Positions 12,856 through 26,374 of a stretch of 64,000 nt of DNA are shown here, piece after piece. This stretch comes from Ranitomeya imitator. Lineage: Eukaryota. The stretch is from positions 103,726,001 to 103,790,000 of the forward strand of contig NC_091284.1 in the NCBI RefSeq assembly GCF_032444005.1, read 5' to 3'. The position numbers and the translations under genes were made by a program. Numbering within the stretch: position 1 is the first letter of the stretch; the number at the start of each line of letters is the position of its first letter. The notes below the pieces were generated by a model that was given only the letters and a program-made list of their open reading frames with translations, was not told the DNA's origin and ran no database searches.

Positions 12856-13852
12856 TGTGAGCAGGTAGCGGGATGCAGTGACAGACAGGAGACAGAGCAA
12901 GGGTTAACGTATTTACTATAACAAATATGTACTCCACGCAGGGAGATAAACAGTTTCAACAGGCGTAAAGTGGGTGCTATTGTGAGCAGGTATCAGGATG
13001 CAGTAACGGTCGGAGGCAGAACAAGGGTTAACAGGGGTTTTTAATGGAACAGCGTTACTCCATGCAGGGAGAGGGTAAATGGGGGAGATAAGGATACTAA
13101 AACAGTGTTTGGTGGACGTAGGTATAGCAGGGGAAATAAAGGGTTGAGGAAAGTACAAAGGTATCAAACTTATCAGTCTGGCGGTGCTGAGGATCAGTCT
13201 CTGTGGAGATAGAGGTGGTATTCCGGTGGCGTCCTGGTCGGAGATGGGTCCTGGATTCCGGTGTCGGCGAGGGTCCCGGAATGTCCTTTTGCGGGTCCTG
13301 GTTCCACGATGGGACATAATAGAGAGGACATTACTTTCTTTTTAAGCGTCAGCACAACGCTAATACGGGCCGGAGAGTCTACGTACGACGGCCGCACTCG
13401 GTTTACGGCCGGGATCTCGAGTCTCGAATGGCGCCCTCTGTGGTCTGGTCATGGAAAGGGCTCACTCACGCTTAGTGACACTGCGAGAGTGGATATCAGG
13501 GTTCTTAGGAGACGTCTCTTCCTACAGTCTGCAGTAAGTCTCCGTAGGCCTCTCTGACTTAAGCCTACCATGTCCTGACTGTTCAGCGCAGAAGGGCTCT
13601 CAATCTGCCTCCGCACACTACAGCTTTCCGCCAACCAAGATCCTGTTCCCACGCACTGTTCCCCTCTTATACCCTTCACAGCCCTTGATCTTAAATTCAA
13701 AGGTCTGTCCGGGGCACTAAACTCTCCTCCCTGCAACTTGGATGACAGCACCGATGGTTCCGGTCTCATCCTGGACAAGGCACGCCGAGGCTGGCTCTCC
13801 TCCTTACACTATGAAATAGAGGGTATGCAGGTTAGGGGTAAGGCAGGTTACA
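12856..13852 (-). mobile_element. Putative LTR-like repeat
   Basis: Minus strand TGTAACC...CTCACA, TATA-like GGGTATAAG near 13670, and a diverged ~50-bp direct repeat at 12856 and 12981. No direct TSD found. Confidence 0.35.
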
Positions 13853-14125
13853 ATAGCAGTAAAAGTTCTTAAGGTGCAACTGATCAGATCAGACGACTTC
13901 CAGACTGTAGAGTCCACGAAACAAATGATAGCACCAACAACGGTCAGCGCGGAGTTGATCCAGTTTAGTCCGGAAGACAATGTCGAGCTGTGTCCTGGCA
14001 GCAGCGTTTACTCTCTGATGCCCTCTGCCAGATCCTCAGTCCAGGGGTAGCTGTGGGGGGGATAAAAAAGAGGTTATAAGGGTGCTCACTGTCAAGAGGA
14101 AGGTGCTCTGGAGAAAATAAGTCCA

Positions 14126-14681
14126 ATATAGTATAAATAGACTCCGGCACACTAAAGTTGCTTTTAAAGATGGATATTATTTTATTTCAAAAAAATATAT
14201 ATGATGGTAGGATTCCACTCAAAAAAATTCTGAAATTTATTTGATAGAAATATGTGAAATTTTCCCAACGTTTCGGCACATTTAGCCTTTCTCAAGGGAC
14301 ATCTGTCTTTTTGCAAATGAGATGAACCGCAGGTGGGAAGCCCACTTTTGTATGAGTCACTGGTGTATACTGCACTAAGGTTTTCCCCCAGCTGTCACAC
14401 GTCCTCACTCAGAGCTTTTCACCAGACCTTAGTGCAGTATACACCAGTGACTCATACAAAAGTGGGCTTCCCACCTGCGGTTCATCTCATTTGCAAAAAG
14501 ACAGATGTCCCTTGAGAAGGGCTAAATGTGCCGAAACGTTGGGAAAATTTCACATATTTCTATCATATAAATTGCAGAATTTTTTTGAGTGGAATCCTAC
14601 CATCCTATATATTTTTTTGAAATAAAATAATATCCATCTTTAAAAGCAACTTTAGTGTGCCGGAGTCTATTTATACTATAT
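14126..14681. mobile_element. 556-bp palindrome (256-bp arms, 44-bp spacer), Penelope-like inverted pseudo-LTR
   Basis: Arms 14126-14381 and 14426-14681 are near-perfect reverse complements. Each has an HHR-variant motif and a downstream AATAAA (+ copy 14621-14626). Confidence 0.7.
14508..14544 (+). ncRNA. Variant hammerhead-like motif (mirror copy on - at 14263-14299)
   Basis: TCCC-TTGAGAA-GGGC-TAAATGT-GCC-GAAAC-GTT-GGGA: 4-bp helix I, 3-bp helix II and self-complementary AACGTT helix III. The core deviates (C3U, G8A). Confidence 0.4.
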
Positions 14682-16354
14682 GTGGGGAGGATAAGACACA
14701 ATCCACATCGTTGTTGGAGCCCAACGTGGCCCGACAAATGTGCACTGAGAGATCAGGGTACAGTCCATGGACACACACCCAGTGCTTCTTAGGCAGCACG
14801 CGTGCTGCAGTCACAGTCCATGGGCACACGGCACGTCTCTGCTCACAGTGTCTGCAGGTGACAGTGGGGATGCACGGGCGCCGGCCTGTGCTGCTATAGT
14901 GCTTGAAGGACGGAGCACTCACCTCCCCCCTGCTGTGCGCTGCCTGTTCCGCCAAGTCTGACTGCTTCCGCGCTTTTTCTTTTTATCCTCAGACACGCCC
15001 CCTGCTGCCAAGTGCAAAGGTTGGTCCGGTTCTCTAAGCTTTCCCCCAGACAACAGAGGAGACAGGCCCGACAGTTCGAGCCCGGTGCAAGGAAGGTACC
15101 ACCTGCCCGGTCCTTCTGCTTACATAAAGGTGGAGGTTCATAACCAGCACATTGATGACTGCCCTCCATTGAAACTGGGACGTTGTGGGATTTTCAACAC
15201 GCTTTAACATGTTTCTACCCCAGTCTCGTACCTGATGAGGACTCCAGTCCATTGGGCAATTTATCAGCCCTGTGAGCAGTACTGATGAAAAGCTCTGAAT
15301 TTCATTTTTCCATATTTATAAATATATATGCATTGATTTGCCAGGCCACACTCCTGATCAGTTATATCTTTTAGGGCCGGAGTCACACTAGCGAGGAATA
15401 TGGACGAGTGCTATGTGAGAAAAAAATCGCATAGCACTCGGACCAGTATTCATCTATGGGGCAGCTCACATCACCGTTTTTTTTCTCAACTGTATTATAC
15501 GTGTGAGTGAAATTGCAGCATGCTGTGATTTCAAGCGTATATTGGCTGAGACTCGCCAATTCAAGTCAATGGGTGCAATAAAAAAAATCGCACAGCACTC
15601 GCACCATGCGAGTGCTGTCTGATTTTTACGCACCAGTGTCCTTTGAAAAGCCGGCAATTCATATGCAGCTACTGTAAAAATCACACTGACATGTGAGAAT
15701 AGAAAAGAATAGATAGAATACATATGCACACATAGAATAGGTGTGTATATATATATGTCAGTGGCACACACATATATATACAGTATATATATTTCATAGA
15801 GAGAAAGATAGAAGAAAAGCCGGTAATTCATTTGCTTCTGTAAAATCAATGCAGGAGCCGACAGGATAGAAGATATGGTTTACATACAGTACATAGATGC
15901 AGAATAGGTAGATATATAAATGTCAGTGAGCAATCCAATCAGTAGTTGTGTGTGCAAATTAGGGGACATGTACAGTCATGGCCAAAAGTATTGACACCCC
16001 TGCAATTCTGTCAGATAATACTCATTTTCTTCCTGAAAATGATTGCAAACACAAATTATTTGGTATTATTATCTTCATTTAATTTGACTTAAATGAAAAA
16101 ACACAAAAAGAATTGTCCTAAAGCCAAATTGGATATAATTCCACACCAAACCTAAAAAGGGGGGTGGACAAAAGTATTTGCACTGTTCGAAAAATCATGT
16201 GATGCTTCTCTAATTTGTGTAATTAACAGCACCTGTAACTTACCTGTGGCTCCTAACAGGTGTTGGCAATAACTAAATCACACTTGCAGCCAGTTGACAT
16301 GGATTAAAGTTGACTCAACCTCTGTCCTGTGTCCTTGTGTGTACCACATTGAGC

Positions 16355-17554
<1,200 letters not shown>

Positions 17555-20500
17555 GCTGAGGGTGCCAATACTTTTGTCTGGCCCATTTTTGGAGTTTTGT
17601 GTGAAATGATCAATGTTTTGCTTTTTGCTTCATTCTCTTTTGTGTTTTTTTTATTTAAGACAAATTAAATGAGGCTAATAATACCAAATAATTTGTGTTT
17701 GTAATCATTTTCAGGAAGAAAATGAGTATTATCTGACAGAATTGCAGGGGTGTCAATACTTTTGGCCATGACTGTATGTAATTAATAAAAGATTATTTTG
17801 GGGGGAGACACTGGTGTGCGCTCCCGCCCAATTTTTCAAATCAGAAAGGGGAAAACCAGCGACTGGGGGCAGATATTAATAGCCTAGGAAGGGTCCGTGG
17901 TTATTATACCCCCCCGGCTAAAGACATTTGCCCCAGAAAAGGAGCGTCTCTAAGATGCGCTAATTCTGGCACTTAGCCTTGCTCTTCCCACTTGTCCTGT
18001 TGCGGTGGCAAGTGGGGTAATAGTTTGGGGGTTAATGTCACCTTTGTATTGTAAGGTGACGTCAAGCCCGGCTTAATAATGGAGTGTTGTCACTAAGACA
18101 CCTCTCCATTACTAATCCTATAGTTGTTACAGGTTAAATAAAGACACAGCCAGAATAAAGTATTTTAATGAAATAAAACACTAAACACAGTTTCGCATCT
18201 TTATTATTCAGCTCTGGAGCGTGGGAAAATGCCAGTTCATATAACTTACTGTCTCTCTGTCTTTTTCTCCTAAATGGCAAAAGCATTTCCCGCCCACCCG
18301 ACCCCTTTTTCTTTGTTTTACTGTGAAACTGTTTACTTGATATCTTACGTGACTGCTTAACCTGATTAGGTTAACTTTATGTATTATTATTGCATTCTTT
18401 ATCTGTAACCTCCTTTGTACATGTTATCAAATAATTAAAAAACAAAAACATGTTGATTGGCATTTTTGCCATTGGGTTAATGCCAAATGGAATCATTCAA
18501 AAGTACAACTCGTGCAGCAAAAAACAAGCCCCTTATGTCTGTGTGAACAGAAAAATAAAAGAGTCGTGGATCTGGGAAGAAGGGGAGGAAAAAAGGAAAA
18601 TGCAAAAACGGAAATTGGCTGTGGGGTGAAAGGTATTTTGCAGGACGAGTTTTGTATTTGTTTTTGTTCACATAGTGCACTTGAAAACAGGAAAAAAAAT
18701 CCAAGTGCTGTGAAATTGTGAAAAAAAAACCACAATTCTGACATTGTTTTTTGGGAATTATTTTTACGATGTAAGTCATCCATACGATTATGGAAATACC
18801 AAACATGTCCAGTTTTTTTAATTATTTTAGTGGTAAAAAAAATCAAAAGTTTGCAACAATTTTTTTTTAGAATTGTATCGACAAGACCCGGAGCATTATT
18901 ACTTTTTGTTTGATGGAGCTGTGTGATAGATTCTTTTTTTGGGGTGCTATTTTTGGTTATATGTGGCTTTCGCTTGTTACCTCATTTTTTGGAGGAACGT
19001 AATTTTGGGGTTCCTGGATTTTTTCACCTTACTGACTTCAATGCGAGCGCCAAGGGAAAATTTCCCACCGCGCTCGCGCTAATGTCACATAGGTAAAGTG
19101 AGTTCATTGGCTGTGAACTCGCATGACGTGTCTGATTGCACCGCGAGCAGGAGGACTTTCTCACGCTCGCAGTGCCCTCAGACAGGGAATAGGAGTTCAC
19201 AGAGACACTGAGCAGACAGTGCTCAGTGTTTCTGCTGGATGACAGGCTGTATAGTTGCACCATGCAACCATGCAGCCTGCCATCTAGATGTAGCAGAGCT
19301 AGACCCGTTGTAGGACTAATGGATTAGCAACATCTCTGCAGAAAGGTGAGGAATATTGTTGTTTTTTATTTTTAAGTCTTTTGCAAATGACAAGGGCATG
19401 GGTGGAATGGTCGAGGTCGAAAGTATGGTTTAATTAAGATTTATTAATGGAGTCTGCGTCATTTTTTTCAATTAAAGGACTTTATTCTGGATGTCTGTGT
19501 TTTCATACAATGTGACTATGGGATTAGTAATGGGGATGTCTTATTGACGCCTCTCCATTACTAACCTTGAGGCGTGATGTTACCTGACAATGCAAAGGTG
19601 ACATCAACCCTTCCAACTATCACCCCACTTGCCACCGCTACAGGGCAAGTGGGAAGAGCGAGGCTAAGTGCCAGAATTGGCACATCTTAGAGATGCGCCT
19701 TTTCTAGCTGAGAGCTGATGTTTTTAGCCTGGGGGGACCAGTATCCATGGCCCTTTCCTAGTCTATTAATATCAGGCCGCAGCTGTCTGCATAGCCTTTG
19801 CTGGTTAATTATAGGGGGACCCCACATTATTTTTTTGAGGGGGTCCCCAATTTTAATAGCCAGGAAAGGCTAAGTATACAGCTGTGAGCTGATATTAATA
19901 GCCTGGGAAGCTCCATGGATATTATCCCCTTCCCAGGCTATACTCATGTGATTTTATATAAATGCTGTGGCCTTTTGTCACCAAAATAAAGTGTTGTGTA
20001 TTTTATTGGAGCAGAGGTATTAAAATGACTAAAGAATAACTGTTGTTTTTTTTTTTTTAATAAATCAATAGTACAAGTGAAAGTAAGAAACTTTGTAATA
20101 TATATTATCTGAGAAATTCACTTCTTTCTGCTCCTGGATTGATCAGTCATTCCTAAAATTATCCACTTAGAAGTAACATTTGTCTTCATTGAATATAGGT
20201 TTTGCTATTGCTGAGATAGGAGATGGCAGTTGGTACTCATAAGGTTCTATAGAACTTGCAGTAGAATGTGTGTACTGGCCTCTAGCTCCTCTCCTTCCAT
20301 AGAATTTTAAAAGCACCAACTGTCATCTATCTCAGTAATAAATACAGGTCTGAGAGTGAAACATCAATCCAAGAGATGAAAGAAGCAGACTTCTCTGATA
20401 AAATGTATTACAAAGAAATTTCCTTTCATGTGTGCTATTGATTTATGTAATAAAAATGTAAATAATGGTTACTCTTTAAGGAAAACACAGGTTATACTGA

Positions 20501-20899
20501 ATATGTTCTCACAAAATGTACTCGTCACCCCTTGCTCTGTATCGTAGTGCATTTTCATGGTGAAAGGTTCCCTTTAGTAGGCCAATGTAATCAATGTGCA
20601 TCGCCTGTAAATGTGTCATGTCCTCATTTAACCCCTTGGTTAAATTTCAATATTGCTCAGCAGATGGCAGTAGAAAACAGAAGAGTAGATTTGCCATATT
20701 GACACAGACTTGGCGTGCTCCCAGTAGAACTTCCACACAGTTTCCGCAGAGAGCAGCATCGTTATACAGTATTATCTGTGCAGGCTCGGGGCTGTCTCGA
20801 ACGTCCCAACAAATGCCTTATGGCATCAAGCAGAATGCTGACCTAAGCACAGGTCATACATCTACATTCTGTATGTACCCGGCCATTGGAGCTCATGTG

Positions 20900-20927
20900 T
20901 CCTGACCATCTCCTCTATCTTTTGCAG
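20900..20927 (+). promoter_or_regulatory. Candidate branch point plus splice acceptor upstream of the SLC13 start codon
   Basis: tcCTGAC (A at 20905), a pyrimidine tract, then TTTGCAG ending at 20927. Confidence 0.45.
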
Positions 20928-21113
20928 TGATACAGGCTGCTCGCTCCACCCAGCACTTTGTATAGTGAGGTTGGACTGTGAACTTGCCTTGGAAATGCAG
21001 CCTGACAGAAGATCTCTCAAAACACACCTTGATTACCTCCCACTATCTACCTCCGCACTATATCAATGTGAGGAATCCTGAGGTTGTCACATCTTCTGCG
21101 CTCCAGGACGAGA

Positions 21114-21216
21114 CACCTCTGGGTCAAGAGGAACTTTGGGTTCATCAATCCTTTCTATCTCTATCCACCTCTGGGTCAAGAGGAACTTTGGGTTCATCAA
21201 TCCTTTCTATCTCTAT
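21114..21216 (+). repeat. Perfect tandem duplication (51-bp unit, 52-bp period) abutting the SLC13 ATG
   Basis: CACCTCTGGGTCAAGAGGAACTTTGGGTTCATCAATCCTTTCTATCTCTAT at 21114-21164 and 21166-21216. Confidence 0.95.
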
Positions 21217-21319
21217 GATGGCACCATGTGTGAAGCATCTTCTGAACTGCAAGCGGTTTCTAATTCTGTTTGCAACACCCCTGCTGTTGTTACCGCTACC
21301 ACTGGTCATCCGCACAAAG
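21215..21319 (+). CDS. First coding exon of an SLC13-family Na+-coupled di/tricarboxylate or sulfate transporter (most like SLC13A5/SLC13A2; paralogue not resolved)
   Basis: MMAPCVKHLLNCKRFLILFATPLLLLPLPLVIRTK, 35 codons, ends at a phase-0 donor AAG|GTGAGC. Matches the SLC13 N-terminal F.ILF.TPLLLLPLP motif and the exon-1 boundary after the K. Confidence 0.8.
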
Positions 21320-22675
21320 GTGAGCAATTATTATGACAACCTATATTAGTTTAGTTTGGATCTAGAAGATCGTGTTGTAACATAACGGATTCTTAATGAC
21401 AAGAAACTTTTATTCTTGACCTGTTGAATATCTGAAGTCCAAAAAACCATTGATAAAAATTAGAAAAATAGCAAAATGGCTTCCCGAAAGTGCAAAAGAT
21501 CCTCGGGTTTCCCTATCAGTCCGTGTTTTCAGGATCTCCTTACTATTGCGTCATTTTTTGTCAGCGTCTCAAAAGCGGTCACAGGTGTTCTTTCTGTGGG
21601 ATATCCTCAAATCTTGACTGATGTTCCCCTAAAGTTGTGCTCTTTGGAAATAATCGAGTTGAAAACTTCAAGTCCTCCAGACAGACAGCTGTTATTGGGC
21701 CGGATACTCACCATGAGAATATTGTTTTAACTCTTTCCTTGTCAGAGTGCACACCTTAGAGGGGACACTGATTGATGACCTGTTGGGGTACCCGAGGACT
21801 GGAGCCAAGAAACACTGGCTCCACGATGATCGAAATAAAAAATTTGCACCTAATCTTTAGTTTACGCATTTCAACTCCAACATTCCATATTTATGAATAT
21901 TTATGAAATGTGGCTAATTCATGATTTATCCATATTTATGAAATGTGGCTAATTCATGATTTGGGGGAGAATCTCGCCAGCACAAACACATGGTTAGAAC
22001 AGTCCCCAATGTTAGATAAGAGCCTGCGAGCAGTGTGATAAATGTCGCATGTGAAAAGACGAAAAATCTGGTGCAAATTGATATATTTTATTTTTATGCA
22101 AGTGAATTGGTACAGTTCGCGATGTTAGCAAAATATGTCAAATCCCGCATTATAAGTATTAATAGTGCTATATTTCATCCGCACCTTTTTAATGCCGCTC
22201 TGACCTGTAAACTGTAAGTGACTTTTTTTTTCCAATTTGTATAAATAAATTTATTCCTAAATTTGTTGTACTTAAGGCAAAAAGGTGCAGACACTAAAAA
22301 CTATTGTAAGATGTGGCGTAAAACATTGATATATTGGCACAAAAATGTTACAGTGATAAATGTCCCCCCTATTCTATAGTGGCCCCCACTTTACTCTGAT
22401 GACTGCTGAATCTCTATTATTAAATGTTTGCATCGACTTGTATGGAAAATTCTTAGTATATTATTATTACTATTATTATTTATGATTTTATAAACGCCCT
22501 GCATACTAAACGTGTATATTTAGAGAGGAGGGAGGCAGATGCTCTGTTCTGTCCTATCATCTCCCAGTAAATGTCACCTGTCCAGCACCTATGTGATTAG
22601 TAAGTAACTGTCCCTCCTAGTGGTCTCACATACCTTTTAGTCAGTTATGTACCTACATACCGAATACCACCATAC

Positions 22676-23046
22676 GGCTATGTTCGCACGTTATGTTTTT
22701 GCTGCACTTTTTTTATGCCATGTTTAAGGTGCTTACAAAAAACAGGTTTTGCTTAGTTTTTGTTGCATGTTTTTTCCTTAGGTTTTGCTGCGTTTTTGGT
22801 GCGTTTTTTAACTGCCTTTTTGTCAGGGAACATTTCTTTCTTGTGCACGCTGATAGAGTTTAGTGCATAAAAAAAAAAATCGGAGTCAACTTCATCAGGA
22901 TTAGGCACCAAAAAACGCAGCCAAACCTGATACCTGCACGCGGAAAAAAAAAACGCTGAAAGAAGTGACATGCTGCATTGTGCAAAAAAAATGCTGAAAA
23001 TTTGCATTAAAAAAACGCTGCAAAAACGCAACATGTGAGCATGGCC
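22676..23046. mobile_element. Harbinger-type MITE
   Basis: GGCTATGTTCGCACGTT ... AACATGTGAGCATGGCC, with internal inverted TTTTGCTGC/GCAAAA motifs. Confidence 0.6.
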
Positions 23047-24034
23047 TATGAGGGGTTTATTTTTTCATGCGGTAAATCAGGAAGGTCTTGAGAGAACAAT
23101 GGCATCTACAACACGTCTTTACATTCCTTTTAGCCTTCTATCTTTATCCCTTGTTGTTGGTGCAAAGAAACAGATGTGCACAAACACCTGTTACGTGGAG
23201 ATGAGAAAATATGTTTCCCTCCGGGGACAATCGTGCCAGTATCATGGACACCCTGGTGGTTGGAGGTACAGCCAATGACAATCAATTGCCAGAATCAGGT
23301 GCCCGATGTGTAGCGCAGATATGGAAGCAGTAAGCAAGCGCAACTCCTCAGCTCTCAAAATCAGTGAGGTCCTCTTAGCTGTCAGACTCACGTAGTCAGT
23401 CCCCTATAGCACGTCGAATATGTGCTTATGGGAAAAACCCTTAAAGAGAATTTGTCACCAGATATCACAATGCAAACTGCATACATTAATAAATAGATCA
23501 ATTTAGTTCTGATGAGGCTGGTGTATTTATTTTGAACATCTATTTCAGAAGGGCTGTATAATTTTGTTACTAGGATAAGCATTTAATGAGTCCAGCTATA
23601 GAATGAAACAGCTCATGAGTCCAAGTGTATTCAGTCACCACTCCCACCCTCTCAGCCTGACTGACAGCCAGTCACATAACGATAGCGGTCACAGAGGGTG
23701 CGACTGGGCCCATCCAAGGGAAGCCCGTCTACATCAATTTCACCTGGATGTGCATCCTAGGATGCACATTCAGGTGAAATGAATTGCAGCACAGAGACAC
23801 ACTGGCTCCCTGCACTGCAATACATGCCAGCCTATCAGAGGCCGGCAGCATATGTTGGCCTGTGATGGGCATCGCATGGCAGTGACATCATGCGCTGCCC
23901 TTGCCAACACACCAAAGTCCCCTGTTGGCCTTTGCACCAGATATAGAGGAGAATGCCACATGTCGTGGGCGCAGGTTAAGGTAAGAATAACATTTGTTTA
24001 TTTTTAAAATGTGCTGGAGAAGAACAGAAAGGTG

Positions 24035-25400
24035 CCCAGGATGGGAGGCATTATACCAGGAAGGGGCCCAGGATGGGAGGCATTATACCAGGAAGGGGCC
24101 CAGGATGGGAGGCATTATACCAGGAAGGGGCCCAGGATGGGAGGCATTAAACCAGGAAGGGGCCCAGGATGGGAGACATTAAACCAGGAAGGGGCCCAGG
24201 ATGAGAGGCATTAAACCAGGAAGGGGCCCAGGATGGGAGGCATTAAACCAGGAAGGGGCCCAGGATGGGAGGCATTAAACCAGGAAGGGGCCCAGGATGG
24301 GAGACATTAAACCAGGAAGGGGCCCAGGATGGGAGGCATTATACCAGGAAGGGGCCCAGGATGGGAGACATTAAACCAGGAAGGGGCCCAGGATGAGAGG
24401 CATTAAACCAGGAAGGGGCCCAGGATGGGAGGCATTATACCAGGAAGGGGCCCAGGATGGGAGGCATTATACCAGGAAGGGGCCCAGGATGTGAGGCATT
24501 ATACCAGGAAGGGGCCCAGGATGAGAGGCATTACACCAGGAAGGGGCCCAGGATGAGAGGCATTACACCAGGAAGGGGCCCAGGATGGGAGACATTATAC
24601 CAGGAAGGGGTCTAGGATGGAAGGCATTATACCAGGAAGGGGCACAGGATGAAAGGCATTATACCAGGAAAGGGCCCAGGATAGGAGGCATTATACCAGG
24701 AAAAGGCCCAGGATGGGAGGCATTATACCAGGAAGGGGCCCAGGATGGGAGGCATTATACCAGGAAGGGGCCCAGGATGGGAGGCATTATACCAGGAAAA
24801 GGCCCAGGATGGGAGGCATTATACCAGGAAGGGGCCCAGGATGGGAAGCATTATACCAGGAAGGGGCCCAGGATGGGAAGCATTATACCAGGAAGGGGCC
24901 CAGGATGGGAGGCATTATACCAGGAAGGGGCCCAGGATGGGAGACATTATACCAGGAAGGGGCCCAGGATGAGAATTCTTATACCAGGAAGGGGACCAGG
25001 ATGGGAGGCACCATACCAGGAAGGCAGGAAGGGGCCCAGCATGAGAGACATTATACCAGGAAGGGGCCCAGGATTAGAGGCATTATACCAGGAAGGGGCT
25101 AAGGATGAGAAGCATTATACCAGAAAGGGGCCCAGGATGAGAGGCATTATACCAGGAAGGGGTCCAGGATGGGAGACATTATACCAGGAAGGGGTCTAGG
25201 ATGAGAGGCATTATACGAGGAAGGGGCCCAGAATGGGAGGCATTGTACGAGGAAGGTGCCCAGGATCGGAGGCATTATACGAGGAAGGGGACCAGGATTG
25301 GAAACATTATACCAGGAAGGGGTCCAGGATGAGAGGCATGATACCAGGAAGGGGCCCAGGATGGGGGGTACTATACCAGGAAGGGCCCAAGATGGGGGAC
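24035..25400 (+). repeat. 32-bp minisatellite (ATGGGAGGCATTATACCAGGAAGGGGCCCAGG)n, decaying to ~25760
   Basis: 32-nt period visible directly. ORFs are repeat artefacts. Confidence 0.95.
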
Positions 25401-26374
25401 ATCATACCAGGAAGGGAACATTGTTAGGGGATAGCGCTCAGGATATGGGACATTTTTACTGGAAGTGGCCATGATGGGACATTACTACTGGAAGTTACTG
25501 AGGATGGAGGACATTATCATACCATAGGGCCCAGAACAGGGGACATTATTACATGATTGGGAACATTATATCAGGAAGGAATCCAGGACTGGGGACATTG
25601 TTACAGCATTATTTTTGAAAGCTCCAAGACAGAGGGCATTATTACTGGAAGTGGTCAGGATGAGGACATTATTTTTGGAAGTTGCCCAGGATGGGGGACA
25701 TTATTCCTGAAAGGGGCTCAGGATAGGGTATATTATTATAGGAAGGAACCAGGATGGGGGGACATCATTACACAGGTGGAAAAAATGCATATTGGGGACC
25801 CTGGTCCAAATTTTCCACTGGGGCCAAATATTCCACTGTTGACAGCTGTAGCTTGTACTGAGCAGAGTGAGATCTCAGCAGCAGCAGGGAGGAGTGACAC
25901 TGAGTCAGCCTATCATAAAAGGTTATGCCGCCATTCTGGCATGGATTTTCAAAGTAAATGCACCATTCTTATTAGGTCAAAGAAATCTACTTAGTAATGT
26001 ATGTGTCTAATTATAAATGTATAATTGTATTGTGAAATCTGATAACAGATTTGGTCAAAAGCCTCAAAGGGCTTCACATACAATAGTCTCATTAAATTAT
26101 AACAATGGTCACACAGGCTTGGGTTTAAGTGTGGAAAATGCGATTAAAAAACAGACCTAAGGGATGCTGAACAATAGGCATCTATGGAGTTCTACTGTAA
26201 TTCCACATGTCATCAAATTTGACATACCAAGGAGTTCTCTTTTGTAATTTGATATACAATATTCTGTCATGTTTGATCAGTCACCATGGTTCAAAACTAC
26301 CCACCCCTAGAGACATTACTTCTGGGGGAATATTTGGCAAATGGTGTTGCACAGAGCACCATAAGGTGGCAAGC

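Noticed and set aside
15207-15255. CTGATGA-GGAC-TCCA-GTCC half-hammerhead (+) and GAAACATGTT on the opposite strand
   Set aside because: The GAAA half is missing on the same strand, so no ribozyme can fold. At most a rearranged relic.
21215-21319. Assigning a specific symbol (slc13a5, slc13a2 or slc13a1)
   Set aside because: 35 residues share features with several paralogues. Synteny or downstream exons are needed.
24011-25427. GGIIPGRGPGWEALYQEGAQD repeat ORFs
   Set aside because: Product of the 32-bp minisatellite, with no splice or homology support.
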